Source: a virus
Lineage: Duplodnaviria > Caudoviricetes
Virus record (IMG/VR): IMGVR_UViG_3300047160_009226
Span: 1 to 64,000 of that record
Strand: one strand, 5' to 3'
Length of the DNA stretch: 64,000 nucleotides
Of the stretch, positions 16,503 through 25,928 are shown piece by piece (positions within the stretch are counted from its first letter, which is position 1; each line of letters opens with the position of its first letter). Both the position numbers and the translations under genes were made by a program. The notes beneath the pieces are model-generated. The model did no database searches and was not told the origin of the DNA. It saw nothing but the letters and a program-made list of their open reading frames with translations.

Positions 16503-18206
16503 TCAGTTGGCACTTAAAGACTCAACATAGAGTTGCTCAATCTCGCCAGCGACTCTGTTGGCTATTCGATTGTTAACACCCTTGAGGTGATCCGTCGCCA
16601 TGAGTAGGTTATGACTTGTGTTTCTTATAGCACTTCTGGTTGTTTTATCCAATGATTCACCATCGTCAAGTTCATGAACTGCCGAAACCAAATCAACAGC
16701 CTGGCGAATAACACCAGCCGTTCTCGGCATAGCTAAAATGCCACCAACTAGATTAGCGTGGTTCTTCATTCGTTTCAAAGATCGACTGGCCGCAGGAGTA
16801 ACCCCCTTAAAATACCCGCCCGGACCCTGAGGAAATGCGGGTGATAGAGCGGGTTGTGTGGCACTCTTAAAATACTGGGGATACTTACTCACAGCCTGTG
16901 CCCAGAACTGTTGTTGCTGCTCGGGAGTCATTTTAAGTAATTTCTGCCTTCCCTGTGGTTTCATAGCATTGTAGAAAATCCGTTGCTCCTGAGTCATCTT
17001 CGGTGGAATACCATATGTAATACCAGTTTTTTGCCCCCACTTGGCGTTCGGTGCCTCCTTGATCCCCTGCCAACCTTCCGGTTGTATTTTATAGGCTCTT
17101 TCCTTTGCTGTATCCAGTTGATGTTGTCTGACTCTCGAAAAAGTATTGATATCAGTCTGATTCATTCCCTTTTTCATCAAAAACTTTTGAACATCCGAGT
17201 CATTAAATAAATTGTACCCAAAAGTTGCAGATGTCTCGCTTGTATACTGCTTTCCAGTAGTCGGATCTTTAACTTTCTGCCACTTTTGCTTCGGTTTCCA
17301 CGATCCCAACCCCAGTATAGCTTCCCTCCGGGATGCTGACAGATAATCCTCGATCAAGTCCGTCATATCGCCAGGTTCCACGGACATGATAACCTCCATA
17401 GATTCTGGACACTCATCGTAATCACCATCTCCCTCTTCAACTTTGTCTCGGGGATCCTGCTCTGACGGTAGTTCACCTGAGTGAACCGCATCTGTAAGAT
17501 GATCGTCAGTAACTACAGGATCCCCGTTCAGAAAATCCGGGATATCTGGAATGAACTCCAGATCCCCCTCTTCATCTTCGTACTCATCCTCCACACCTCT
17601 CCATGCTTCCCTATCAGCTTCATCAACTCCATCAAATGTGATCAGGGATGCATTTCCTGCTCGTCTACTTGCAAAAACGCCCAGAGTTCGAACCTTCCCT
17701 CCAGGAGCCCACTCTAGATAACCTTTTTGAAAAAGAGAGTCTACCAACTGCTTTTTAATCGATTTAACCGGAAGACCTTCCGGATATCGATCCAGTTCCT
17801 TTAACAGGTCTTCCTCTGCTGGAGAAAGTGTCCCATGCACCTCACCCCTCAAAGCTATATGATGAGAATCAGCTCGTCGCGAACCACGACTGGCGATAGC
17901 CGATCCTCGCACCTGTTCATCCATCTCACTCTCTATCTCGTGGAAGCCAACCACGTCCTCGACATCCAACTGTGCAATTTCGTTAGGGAGCTGAACCCAG
18001 AGCCGATCCTCCGCCGCATGACCCAGTACCCGACCCTTCACCTTCAACCACCGACTATCCACAAATGTCACCAGAGATCCTACGGGAAATCTGGCGTTGG
18101 GCTTGATGTCATAGAGAGTAATCGGGGTATTCAGATTGCGTCCCGAAAACGGATCGGGAGCGGCTGTCCTCCGGAATAGCCCCTCGCGTGTTAGTCTACG
18201 TCTCAT
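16503..18206 (-). CDS. Modular putative internal head protein
   Basis: 567 aa; SH3-like segment, acidic segment and ASRR/RTAA linkers. Confidence 0.8.
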   Translation of the reverse strand: MRRRLTREGLFRRTAAPDPFSGRNLNTPITLYDIKPNARFPVGSLVTFVDSRWLKVKGRVLGHAAEDRLWVQLPNEIAQLDVEDVVGFHEIESEMDEQVRGSAIASRGSRRADSHHIALRGEVHGTLSPAEEDLLKELDRYPEGLPVKSIKKQLVDSLFQKGYLEWAPGGKVRTLGVFASRRAGNASLITFDGVDEADREAWRGVEDEYEDEEGDLEFIPDIPDFLNGDPVVTDDHLTDAVHSGELPSEQDPRDKVEEGDGDYDECPESMEVIMSVEPGDMTDLIEDYLSASRREAILGLGSWKPKQKWQKVKDPTTGKQYTSETSATFGYNLFNDSDVQKFLMKKGMNQTDINTFSRVRQHQLDTAKERAYKIQPEGWQGIKEAPNAKWGQKTGITYGIPPKMTQEQRIFYNAMKPQGRQKLLKMTPEQQQQFWAQAVSKYPQYFKSATQPALSPAFPQGPGGYFKGVTPAASRSLKRMKNHANLVGGILAMPRTAGVIRQAVDLVSAVHELDDGESLDKTTRSAIRNTSHNLLMATDHLKGVNNRIANRVAGEIEQLYVESLSAN

Positions 18207-18209
18207 CTA

Positions 18210-18446
18210 TTAGTCCTTTTTAATCTTGTGCTTCTTTTTCACATCCTGCACACAGTGCTCAAAGCGTTCGTCCTTCTCTGGACCGAGTTGGCTGTGGCAT
18301 ACAGCCCAAGGATTGACTGCCTTGTATTTCTTCTTGGCACTGCGATCCGTGTCCAGATCTTCCATGTCCAATTCATCCTCATCGAATTCCTGTGGCACTT
18401 CCTTGTAACTCACAGCAACTCGCGTGTAGGCGTTACTCAGTTTCAT
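18210..18446 (-). CDS. Small protein with class-1 leader (MKLSNAYTRV)
   Basis: 78 aa; ends with NPWAVC...ERFEHCVQDVK. Confidence 0.75.
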   Translation of the reverse strand: MKLSNAYTRVAVSYKEVPQEFDEDELDMEDLDTDRSAKKKYKAVNPWAVCHSQLGPEKDERFEHCVQDVKKKHKIKKD

Positions 18447-18463
18447 GGTTCAGGGCTCCTCTT

Positions 18464-19120
18464 TCATTCCTCGTCCACCTTGATGATATATGCCGGAATT
18501 GTAGAAAATCCCAATATCCGCAATGCTCTAATCCGATGCTGCCCTTCCCATAACTCGTAGTCCGAACCCATCTGTCCCACAACTACTGCTTCAATCCAAC
18601 CGTTTGTTTTGATCCGATGAGCCAGGTCCTTAATGGAATCCAACTCTCTACCCCATAAATAATATCGATCCTCTTTCGCATCCACGATCAAGTCACTAAT
18701 CCGCAACCACTTGATTCCACCTAATTCCCAATTTCTTTCTGTATTGGAATTAGCTACTTCATTAAGATAGCCAATATCAGGTGTCTTAACTCGAAGATCT
18801 GATAACCGAAATCGTGTATCCTTGCGAACACGCTTGCCAATCTTCCAACTCTTTCCAGATTGATACAAAGGAATAGCATCGGAAAACTTACGATTATAAT
18901 CTGGCCCGTTGATTCCAAACATTTTAGAATGAGGCTGTTGATCAGCTCGCTCCATTACATGGAATACCCACTCTCTCGCTTCTTCCGGCGTTTTAAAAAC
19001 TTGATATTTAGCGTAATTCGACCACCATTTAATGCTGTCTAAAGTAATTCCTGTAAACTCTTTAGTTGCATATCTTGAAGAAGTTAGAACGACATTACGA
19101 TATTCCATAGTAAGTAGCAT
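18464..19120 (-). CDS. ParB/Srx-like domain protein
   Basis: C-terminal LAHRIKTNGWIEAVVV...LWEGQHRIRALRILGFSTIPAYII. Confidence 0.8.
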   Translation of the reverse strand: MLLTMEYRNVVLTSSRYATKEFTGITLDSIKWWSNYAKYQVFKTPEEAREWVFHVMERADQQPHSKMFGINGPDYNRKFSDAIPLYQSGKSWKIGKRVRKDTRFRLSDLRVKTPDIGYLNEVANSNTERNWELGGIKWLRISDLIVDAKEDRYYLWGRELDSIKDLAHRIKTNGWIEAVVVGQMGSDYELWEGQHRIRALRILGFSTIPAYIIKVDEE

Positions 19121-19136
19121 GGCATCAGAAACTCAT

Positions 19137-19661
19137 CTAGAATTCGATAATCCATCGAGGAACATAGGTCCTATCTGTGCCCTCTACAGCTAAGATATTT
19201 GCCATGCGAAAAGAGTGTATACCTTTTGTGGGGGGACTTAAATCATAACCATAGAAGTAACGGGCTCTCCCTCCAAATTTTGTTCTCAGGTATCTTAAAC
19301 TATATGGTTCTACATCGCGTTGAATCATTACACCGTCCTTCATTCTTCTATATATTAATCTAATAACTTTATGCTGCCTAGCAAAAAGTGTAATAAGTCC
19401 CAGGACATCCCTTACTGTTCGGGTTCGTTTTACCTCGGGAGTTAAAGGGGTAAATAACTTTCCGCCAACTACAGGAGGACGTACTGGCTGTCTTACCTGC
19501 GGCTTCGGCAATGGTCTCTGACCCGCCACTGATCCAGGCTGTCTTTGAGCCATCCCGCGGTAGCGAGCAAGAAGAGCACGCACAGGAGAATTTCGAGTAG
19601 CTCCGAGCTGCTTCTGATTCGGAGGGAGGGGTAATCCATATCCTCTAGAATTAAACGCCAT
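19137..19661 (-). CDS. WYL-domain protein
   Basis: IRLIYRR...RDVEPYSLRY...YFYGYDL...IHSFRMANI; start placed at ATG after GAGG. Confidence 0.8.
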   Translation of the reverse strand: MAFNSRGYGLPLPPNQKQLGATRNSPVRALLARYRGMAQRQPGSVAGQRPLPKPQVRQPVRPPVVGGKLFTPLTPEVKRTRTVRDVLGLITLFARQHKVIRLIYRRMKDGVMIQRDVEPYSLRYLRTKFGGRARYFYGYDLSPPTKGIHSFRMANILAVEGTDRTYVPRWIIEF

Positions 19662-19680
19662 AAAAACCTCAAGCACCAGG

Positions 19681-20055
19681 TCATCTGTAACGACTCTTTA
19701 ACCAATCTCCATCTAACTCTGAATAATAAATTCCAGGTACTTCTGTAATCAGATCTATATCCAACATCGAAAAAAACTGATCGACAGTAGGGTCAAGGAC
19801 GCTGCTGCCAATAGTTATCCAGGAGTGATCCCACTCTTCATCTTCAGACGGATTCGTTATAAATTGACCCCCCTTAAGTTTTGCCGGTATGCCTTTCTGA
19901 TTCAGTGCAGACACGACTATCTTAGATACGTTTTTACAATCTCCGAAAATAGCTGGATTGCAACCATATTGCTGACGAGCCAGTATCGCCGTATTAATGA
20001 TCTCCCCAGTTGCTTTATCTCCTCCGATATAAGAAAACTCCGATGATAGATCCAT
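19681..20055 (-). CDS. Transglutaminase/papain-like Cys-His-Asp protein with class-1 leader
   Basis: GDCKNVS...DHSW...VLDPT triad; start MDLSSEFSYI after GGGAG. Confidence 0.7.
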   Translation of the reverse strand: MDLSSEFSYIGGDKATGEIINTAILARQQYGCNPAIFGDCKNVSKIVVSALNQKGIPAKLKGGQFITNPSEDEEWDHSWITIGSSVLDPTVDQFFSMLDIDLITEVPGIYYSELDGDWLKSRYR

Positions 20056-20070
20056 CGTCACTCCCAAATA

Positions 20071-20355
20071 TTACCCTGCCCACAGAATGTCTTTGGGACC
20101 AACCTCATGCTGCTTCCCGTCGATCCCCTCGATCACCAAGACACCTTCCGGAAGAAGGTTGACTAAAATTCCCTCCGTTGATTCTCTTGTATCCTTATCC
20201 CAGAACCCGACCTCCTTATTCCGATATTTTTGGAAAAATTTCTCCAAGTGCTCTCGATCGAACTTCCCGGTAATGAAACCCAAATCCAACCAATCCTCAG
20301 GTTTATTTTCACGTGATGAGAAACTCAAAATTGTCGCATGATTAGTCAGTTTCAT
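20071..20355 (-). CDS. Small SH3/Sm-like barrel protein, class-1 leader (paralogue A)
   Basis: MKLTNHATIL...EGILVNLLPEGVLVIE...HEVGPKDI. Confidence 0.7.
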   Translation of the reverse strand: MKLTNHATILSFSSRENKPEDWLDLGFITGKFDREHLEKFFQKYRNKEVGFWDKDTRESTEGILVNLLPEGVLVIEGIDGKQHEVGPKDILWAG

Positions 20356-20397
20356 CTTTTAAATCCCTCCTTTCTTAACTGCTTCTCTGAGAAATCT

Positions 20398-20673
20398 CTA
20401 AAGAGACTTATATCCTGTATCTGCGTTTGTTGGTGTCACATCATCTGGGTCTACGTGATATACTCTCCCATCTTTATCTCTCTCGATAACGAGAAATCCC
20501 TCTGGAAGCATATCAACCACTTTACCCACATACCCTCTACCACTAGGTGCCCTAAATCTTACACTTCTCCCTCTCAAAGTACGAAACAATCGTATTAATT
20601 CACTTTCCGATAAATGTGATGCTTCTCTTCTTCCATCAAAATTTAGTATCGTCATATACTTTGTCAATTTCAT
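20398..20673 (-). CDS. Small SH3/Sm-like barrel protein, class-1 leader (paralogue B)
   Basis: True start is probably ATG 20673 (MKLTKYMTIL); GKVVDMLPEGFLVIE...HVDPDDV aligns with paralogue A. Confidence 0.7.
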   Translation of the reverse strand: MKLTKYMTILNFDGRREASHLSESELIRLFRTLRGRSVRFRAPSGRGYVGKVVDMLPEGFLVIERDKDGRVYHVDPDDVTPTNADTGYKSL

Positions 20674-20816
20674 GGATTCCCCTCTTCCAGAGCTTCCCCT
20701 GCCCAGAACGTCTGGCCCCCTTCGCCAATATCTTGATACGACGACCACTTCACCAACATCAGCAACCGTCGAGACAGTCTGTGTAGCCTCTCAACACCCA
20801 TCTCCAGATTTTCCAT
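20670..20816 (-). CDS. 48-aa ORF missing from the ORF track, class-2-like leader
   Basis: MENLEMGVERLHRLSRRLLMLVKWSSYQDIGEGGQTFWAGEALEEGNP*; RBS GGAG; stop overlaps the next start (ATGA). Confidence 0.6.
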   Translation of the reverse strand: MENLEMGVERLHRLSRRLLMLVKWSSYQDIGEGGQTFWAGEALEEGNP

Positions 20817-20842
20817 TTCTTTGTTAACTCCTGCATTAATCA

Positions 20843-21346
20843 TCAGTTTATTTGCGCCGGTGTATCCGTAAATTCTGAAGCGTCATGCATATGTTTTCGC
20901 ACGCCCCTCTGAGCTTGATTGATCTGAACATGTTCCGGACGAAGTCTGGCTTTTAAATAATCCACAATCGCCTTGGGATCTCCTTCATTACCGCAGGTAA
21001 ACACATCCAGATTCATAAAATACTTTTCTGGCCAGGTATGAATAACAATGTGAGATTGACCCAGAACAATCAAGTAAGTAAACCCAAACTCAGGGTTGCT
21101 TCCATATGGAGTCAGGCGCTTATCAAAAACTTTCATGTGGCCTGCCTGCACTGCACCATCAAGGTTACTTATCAAGCCATTTTTTCCTCGCATGGTCAAA
21201 AAAGAAACGTCTGTTTGCTGATTCCAAAAGAAGTCCACATTAAGGGATAGGCCAGAACAATAATCCTGTTCTCCCGACTCAGCCGCTTCAGGCTCTGGAG
21301 CAGCGAGCAATCTCCGTGCTAGCCTATTAACCCTTGTGTAAGTCAT
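20843..21346 (-). CDS. speD: S-adenosylmethionine decarboxylase proenzyme-like protein (Q-S-H instead of E-S-H) with class-2 leader
   Basis: GFTYLIVLGQSHIVIHTWPE...LDVFTCG. Confidence 0.85.
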   Translation of the reverse strand: MTYTRVNRLARRLLAAPEPEAAESGEQDYCSGLSLNVDFFWNQQTDVSFLTMRGKNGLISNLDGAVQAGHMKVFDKRLTPYGSNPEFGFTYLIVLGQSHIVIHTWPEKYFMNLDVFTCGNEGDPKAIVDYLKARLRPEHVQINQAQRGVRKHMHDASEFTDTPAQIN

Positions 21347-22128
21347 GCCCCACCAAGTCCTCCTTCTTGAACAATTTCGCCTTGCTGTGTACCCTCTAAC
21401 ATCTTATTGAATTCGTCATCAAGAGCATTAAACCACGGTTCCAAAATCCGAGTAAGCATCTGAACTACGTTATCTGCGTGAGAAGTCGGTGAATCAGGAT
21501 TCCCAGGGTCATCATCTTGTCGTCTTACCGACTGAGCCATTCGCTCGGCTTTCTGTCGTAAACGCCTTAAGGTAGTATGCAAAATAGTAAGTTCGTTGTC
21601 CATCGCTAATATCGTTTGATCATCAGCTGAAACTGCTGCGATGAGTTCTTTTGAAGCATTAACCGTCGAAGAATCAAAGTCAGGCGAAGCAGGATGCACA
21701 TCCTCTTCAGAAAGAATCCTCATGAATTCTCGATCTGGTCGCGGCCCTAAAATATTGGGAAATGGAGTCTTTCCATCGACCAAGTTATACTGTTCCCCTC
21801 TTGGATCACGAACATCCAAATCATCATCATACTGGATATCATGATCAGGGACAGGTGGTCTCTCTATAGGCCCGCCCTCTTTTATTTGCTCTAATGGCAA
21901 AGGACGAACTTGGCGCTCAGCAAGAAGCTGCCTGGCTCGAAGACTAACCCGCTGCTCTTCTGAAAGGTTCTTAGGTAAGAAACCAATGTTTGTCGGCGGC
22001 GGAGTGCCTATAGGTGGTTGTGGAATCTGAGTTTGAGCGACACCTTTTCTCCTCTTGCCCTTTCGAGACTGTTGAGGAAATAAAGACCTATCGTGCGATT
22101 CACTATATATTGGCCGTATTCTCGCCAC
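21343..22128 (-). CDS. Hypothetical head-block protein
   Basis: 261-aa ORF overlapping its neighbours; C-terminal coiled coil. Confidence 0.7.
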   Translation of the reverse strand: MARIRPIYSESHDRSLFPQQSRKGKRRKGVAQTQIPQPPIGTPPPTNIGFLPKNLSEEQRVSLRARQLLAERQVRPLPLEQIKEGGPIERPPVPDHDIQYDDDLDVRDPRGEQYNLVDGKTPFPNILGPRPDREFMRILSEEDVHPASPDFDSSTVNASKELIAAVSADDQTILAMDNELTILHTTLRRLRQKAERMAQSVRRQDDDPGNPDSPTSHADNVVQMLTRILEPWFNALDDEFNKMLEGTQQGEIVQEGGLGGA

Positions 22129-22867
22129 TCTGAGACCTCCTTAGTATGGAGTCACTGATCTTTTTTCTAGCCTCTTCACTATGTTTTCTACCACGATGTG
22201 TAAATTTCTTTTTGTGTTCTTCACTGAGCTTCTTTCCACGATTCGCCTCACTCACCTTCCGTTTAGTCTCTTCACTATGTTTAGTACCAAGACGTGCTTG
22301 ACTAATCTTCTGCTTGTGTTCCTCGCTAAATTTCTTTCCAAGTTTCGCCTCCCTGAGTTTCTTCCGTGTTTCTTCACTGGGTGGCTTCCTTTTCCGCTGC
22401 CCCTCACTCAACTTCTTTCTTTGTTCTGCACTAAGCTTCCTACCACGCTGAGTCTCACTCGATTTTCTTCTAGCCTCTTCGCTGATTTTCTTACCGCGAT
22501 GTGCATCACCGATCTTTTTCCGCACTTCCTCTGATTGTCGTCCATGCGCAAGTTTAGAATTAAACCCAAACCAACAATCATTCGATTTATAACGTGCAAT
22601 CCAATAATCTTCAACCTCACCTAACACATCCACATTATAAACATACTCCAAGATCTCCCACACAAACTTATCACTCCCATATTCGTTCCACGCCCTTTGA
22701 AGCCGACAAGAACGATGCTTGTTATTCTTTAGACACCATTTATGCTGCCCCCATCGCTTACTAAGATTGACTGTACAACCAATGTAAATCTTGTCATCTA
22801 CTAAACAACGAATTACATAGATACCACTTTCAACTTTATACTCGTCAGCAACTTCATACTTAGGCAT
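22103..22867 (-). mobile_element. Free-standing GIY-YIG homing endonuclease with NUMOD3 repeats
   Basis: SGIYVIRC...IYIG...KRW, EDYWI, FN; then H-SEE-x-RxKIS repeats. Confidence 0.9.
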
Positions 22868-23195
22868 TTCGTCTCCTTAATGTAAGCTCTAATTGGTACC
22901 CTGTCCGTCCCGCAATAATTCCGGAAGAGTAACTAGCCATTCGCTCCTTACAGGATGTTGAAAGTCTATCTATCTCTTGATTCCAATCTAGTCGTCCTTG
23001 ACGGGTTTTTGGTCTTTGTGTCAAATAGAATGTCACTCCCATTTTTGACTGATCCACTCCTACTGTGCTTCCCACTCGTTCAGCCGCCTGATCTAAAACT
23101 TTCTTAATCATCGTAAACGAAGTAGTGCCAGAAATTTGCTTTTTCTTAGGAGTCTGAGATGTCGATACAATGCTATATTTTTTGGTAAACTTCAT
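22860..23195 (-). CDS. Hypothetical protein with class-1 leader (MKFTKKYSIV)
   Basis: ATG at 23195 preceded by AGGA. Confidence 0.7.
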   Translation of the reverse strand: MKFTKKYSIVSTSQTPKKKQISGTTSFTMIKKVLDQAAERVGSTVGVDQSKMGVTFYLTQRPKTRQGRLDWNQEIDRLSTSCKERMASYSSGIIAGRTGYQLELTLRRRNA

Positions 23196-23199
23196 GGTC

Positions 23200-23370
23200 C
23201 TACCCTCGGACAATAAATCCGAATAATTTCCAGCCTAAAATGAAGATGATAACGAATAACAGTAGATCGCCACCCCAGATTTTGTACTGGTTGGCTTGAG
23301 TCCGATTGGTCCATATCCCGAAGATGAACCAAAGGATCATGAGCACCCAAAAGATGACACCGAGTGGCAT
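23200..23370 (-). CDS. 56-aa two-helix membrane protein missing from the ORF track
   Basis: MPLGVIFWVLMILWFIFGIWTNRTQANQYKIWGGDLLLFVIIFILGWKLFGFIVRG*; RBS AGGAG; fills the gap after the portal gene. Confidence 0.75.
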   Translation of the reverse strand: MPLGVIFWVLMILWFIFGIWTNRTQANQYKIWGGDLLLFVIIFILGWKLFGFIVRG

Positions 23371-23385
23371 GGTGAGTCTCCTATA

Positions 23386-25593
23386 TTAGTGAATTCCGTT
23401 TCTTGACCGTTTTCCGTTACCGTTCCCTGAAGATTTTCGCCTTCTAGCTTCGATTTCCACCGCTTTGATTATACCCTTCACCTCATCTGGATACAGCTGT
23501 CTCCCTTGTTTTAATTCCATCTCCTCAGATTTTGCTCTCAATGCCCTCCCAACAATCAATGAAACCTCTTTATTCAGTACACGACCAGGTACAATCTGTG
23601 ATTCATTATCCCCCTCTTCCTCATGTCTAGCCAATCTCCTCGAAGCCGCAGGTGCTGGCACCGGAGCCGCCCCAGGAGTCCCTCCTAGTCCCCCAGGTGC
23701 AGCCTCACCACCGACTCCACCCGCTGCGCCCGCTTCACCCGGTGCCCCGAACATACCCCCTTCTTCCCCGGGCATGCCCATAGGTCCTCCAAACTCTCCA
23801 CCTTCACCACCACCAGCCATTCCACCCATATCACTCAGTCCACCTCCTCCGCCTACGCCCATCCCTCCGCCACCACCCACTGCCGATGCACTTGGTTGCT
23901 TACGCACCAAATGTAATCCCGCTATAACTTTATCCAGAAAATTCGTCTCATTCAAAACCTTCTGAGGAGCATCGGTTGCAGTATAAACTGCACGCGTAAA
24001 ATCGTTAAATACTGGGTCTTTAGGCCCACCGATGTCTTCCAGGATCGCTCTGGCATTCTCTTCTGGATCGATGTTGTGTAAATCTAGCAGATACCGAACA
24101 GCAAGTGATCCCTTCTGATATAACTGGAATAGTTGATCATAAACCTCTGCATTATCACGGATAGAAATCCGATTAAATCTCAAAGTAGAATGATTCCAGA
24201 GGACGTTGACCAGGGTTCGCTTGCGACGAAGCTGTCCGTCTTCTTCCTCGGAAAGAATATCCCCTTCCTCGATATCCTCTGGTTCCACTCGTGGCCAGAC
24301 GTCGATAAATTCTTTCTGGTAGTGACCCAGAGAATCAGCAACAGGTTTAAAAATATCATCCTCGACAAATTTACGCATTCGATCCCTGAATGTTAAATAG
24401 GTTGTGTTCATCATTTCTAAAGTAATGCGATTTCCAGAATAAGAAGCCTGTCCCGTGAGCATTTCTACGGTCGATCCTAATCCCAGTGCAAGATCCTGAC
24501 GGAGCAAGTTATACTCATTTTCAGTGTTGAGGAGACGGTCATTAGCTCCTACAGTTTGCCAGTTGACTTCAAAATTAGTCACGATGGGGTAGTCTACCTG
24601 TTCTAGCATAGATAGGTCGATCTGGGCCCTTAGGTCGTCCATCTGAGGTTTGCCCGTCCCGGGGGCCGTCACAATATGCTTGGGATTCATATTCCTTGAA
24701 CTGATCTGGAGGTTCGAGTTCTTGAGGTTCTCTAAACGCAACAACGTATCCATACATCTTTCTATGATGCTCTCTCCATACTCTTCATTTGGTGCGCGGT
24801 TTCTTGCGATGTGTACAACATAACTTCCTCGTCTCCAGTTCGTGTTAAGAGGCACTGCTTCTCCATAATTCAGGGCCTCTTTAAGTTCAGGCGGAATAGT
24901 ATCACCGAGTGCTTCATAGAGTTTTTCTATATCGGTATCTGCAATTAAATACATGTCCCTATCTGTTATTCTTCTCACGGCCGCAGTGTCCACAAGAGGC
25001 TTAGCAAAAAAGATAATTTCTTTTTTGCGATTAAAGGGATGCATTAGAGAGTGGCAAAATTCGACTGGAAGCACATAGACGTCATCCCATTGTTGTAATT
25101 TATTACTCCAGTTGCACCAACAATAGACGTCACCCGCAAGCCAGTATTCTCGAGAAACCTCTAACATTAAACCTAAAATATCTAATCTCTCAGACATCGA
25201 TTCATAAATTCGCGTAATCTGTCGATTCTGTCGAGGAGATGGTCCCTTCGGTGGACCTATTGTAATTCGGCTCATCGGAAGTTCTGAGTGCAACTCAATA
25301 GCTCTACCCACCATAGCGTCGTGTCTTGACCAATACCTAAAAAGGGAAAGTTTGTCAGCTCTAGATATGGTATAAAGAAATGCAGCTACTGGAGAATTGG
25401 TTGCTAAAATTCCTGGAATGGCTGACCCGGCAGGTCCGCCAAAATCCAAGACACTAGCAACACCAGCAGCTTGTCGGCGAGATGCAATGCGAGCGGTATC
25501 GGTGAGATTACGAGTAAAGACTTCCATCGTCCCTCTCGTAGCGGGGCGATCATGAATAACAGATATTGGTTTCCAATCATCTCTATCAGGCAT
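23386..25593 (-). CDS. Portal protein
   Basis: 735 aa downstream of the terminase; RYW...DAMVGRAIELHSELP, YGESIIERC, RQDLALGLG motifs; Gly/Pro-rich C-terminal tail. Confidence 0.8.
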   Translation of the reverse strand: MPDRDDWKPISVIHDRPATRGTMEVFTRNLTDTARIASRRQAAGVASVLDFGGPAGSAIPGILATNSPVAAFLYTISRADKLSLFRYWSRHDAMVGRAIELHSELPMSRITIGPPKGPSPRQNRQITRIYESMSERLDILGLMLEVSREYWLAGDVYCWCNWSNKLQQWDDVYVLPVEFCHSLMHPFNRKKEIIFFAKPLVDTAAVRRITDRDMYLIADTDIEKLYEALGDTIPPELKEALNYGEAVPLNTNWRRGSYVVHIARNRAPNEEYGESIIERCMDTLLRLENLKNSNLQISSRNMNPKHIVTAPGTGKPQMDDLRAQIDLSMLEQVDYPIVTNFEVNWQTVGANDRLLNTENEYNLLRQDLALGLGSTVEMLTGQASYSGNRITLEMMNTTYLTFRDRMRKFVEDDIFKPVADSLGHYQKEFIDVWPRVEPEDIEEGDILSEEEDGQLRRKRTLVNVLWNHSTLRFNRISIRDNAEVYDQLFQLYQKGSLAVRYLLDLHNIDPEENARAILEDIGGPKDPVFNDFTRAVYTATDAPQKVLNETNFLDKVIAGLHLVRKQPSASAVGGGGGMGVGGGGGLSDMGGMAGGGEGGEFGGPMGMPGEEGGMFGAPGEAGAAGGVGGEAAPGGLGGTPGAAPVPAPAASRRLARHEEEGDNESQIVPGRVLNKEVSLIVGRALRAKSEEMELKQGRQLYPDEVKGIIKAVEIEARRRKSSGNGNGKRSRNGIH

Positions 25594-25631
25594 CAGTCAA
25601 AGTGTTGGTAAAAAAAAGAAATGGGTAGAAA

Positions 25632-25919
25632 TCACAGAACAAAAAGCGCCTCGGGATACTCAACCCAATCCATTAAACTCAAACCATTTCTCTGTTGCTC
25701 TTCAGTAGCGGTGTCAACAAAATCTAATCCATAAATACGTACTGTATGATCTCCCCTCCCATGAGCACGATCAAGTACGCCCTTAAGATGATTAACAGCG
25801 ATCTTTTTAACTTCGTTAAAATTTATGGCCATCTTCACTTCAAATCTACTAGTAAAACCATCCGAAGTAGTTGCAATAACAAAACGTTGAAAACGACGAT
25901 TAATTTCAGCTGTAGTCAT
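25632..25919 (-). CDS. Hypothetical protein
   Basis: 95-aa ORF in operon context. Confidence 0.6.
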   Translation of the reverse strand: MTTAEINRRFQRFVIATTSDGFTSRFEVKMAINFNEVKKIAVNHLKGVLDRAHGRGDHTVRIYGLDFVDTATEEQQRNGLSLMDWVEYPEALFVL

Positions 25920-25928
25920 TATTTGATC

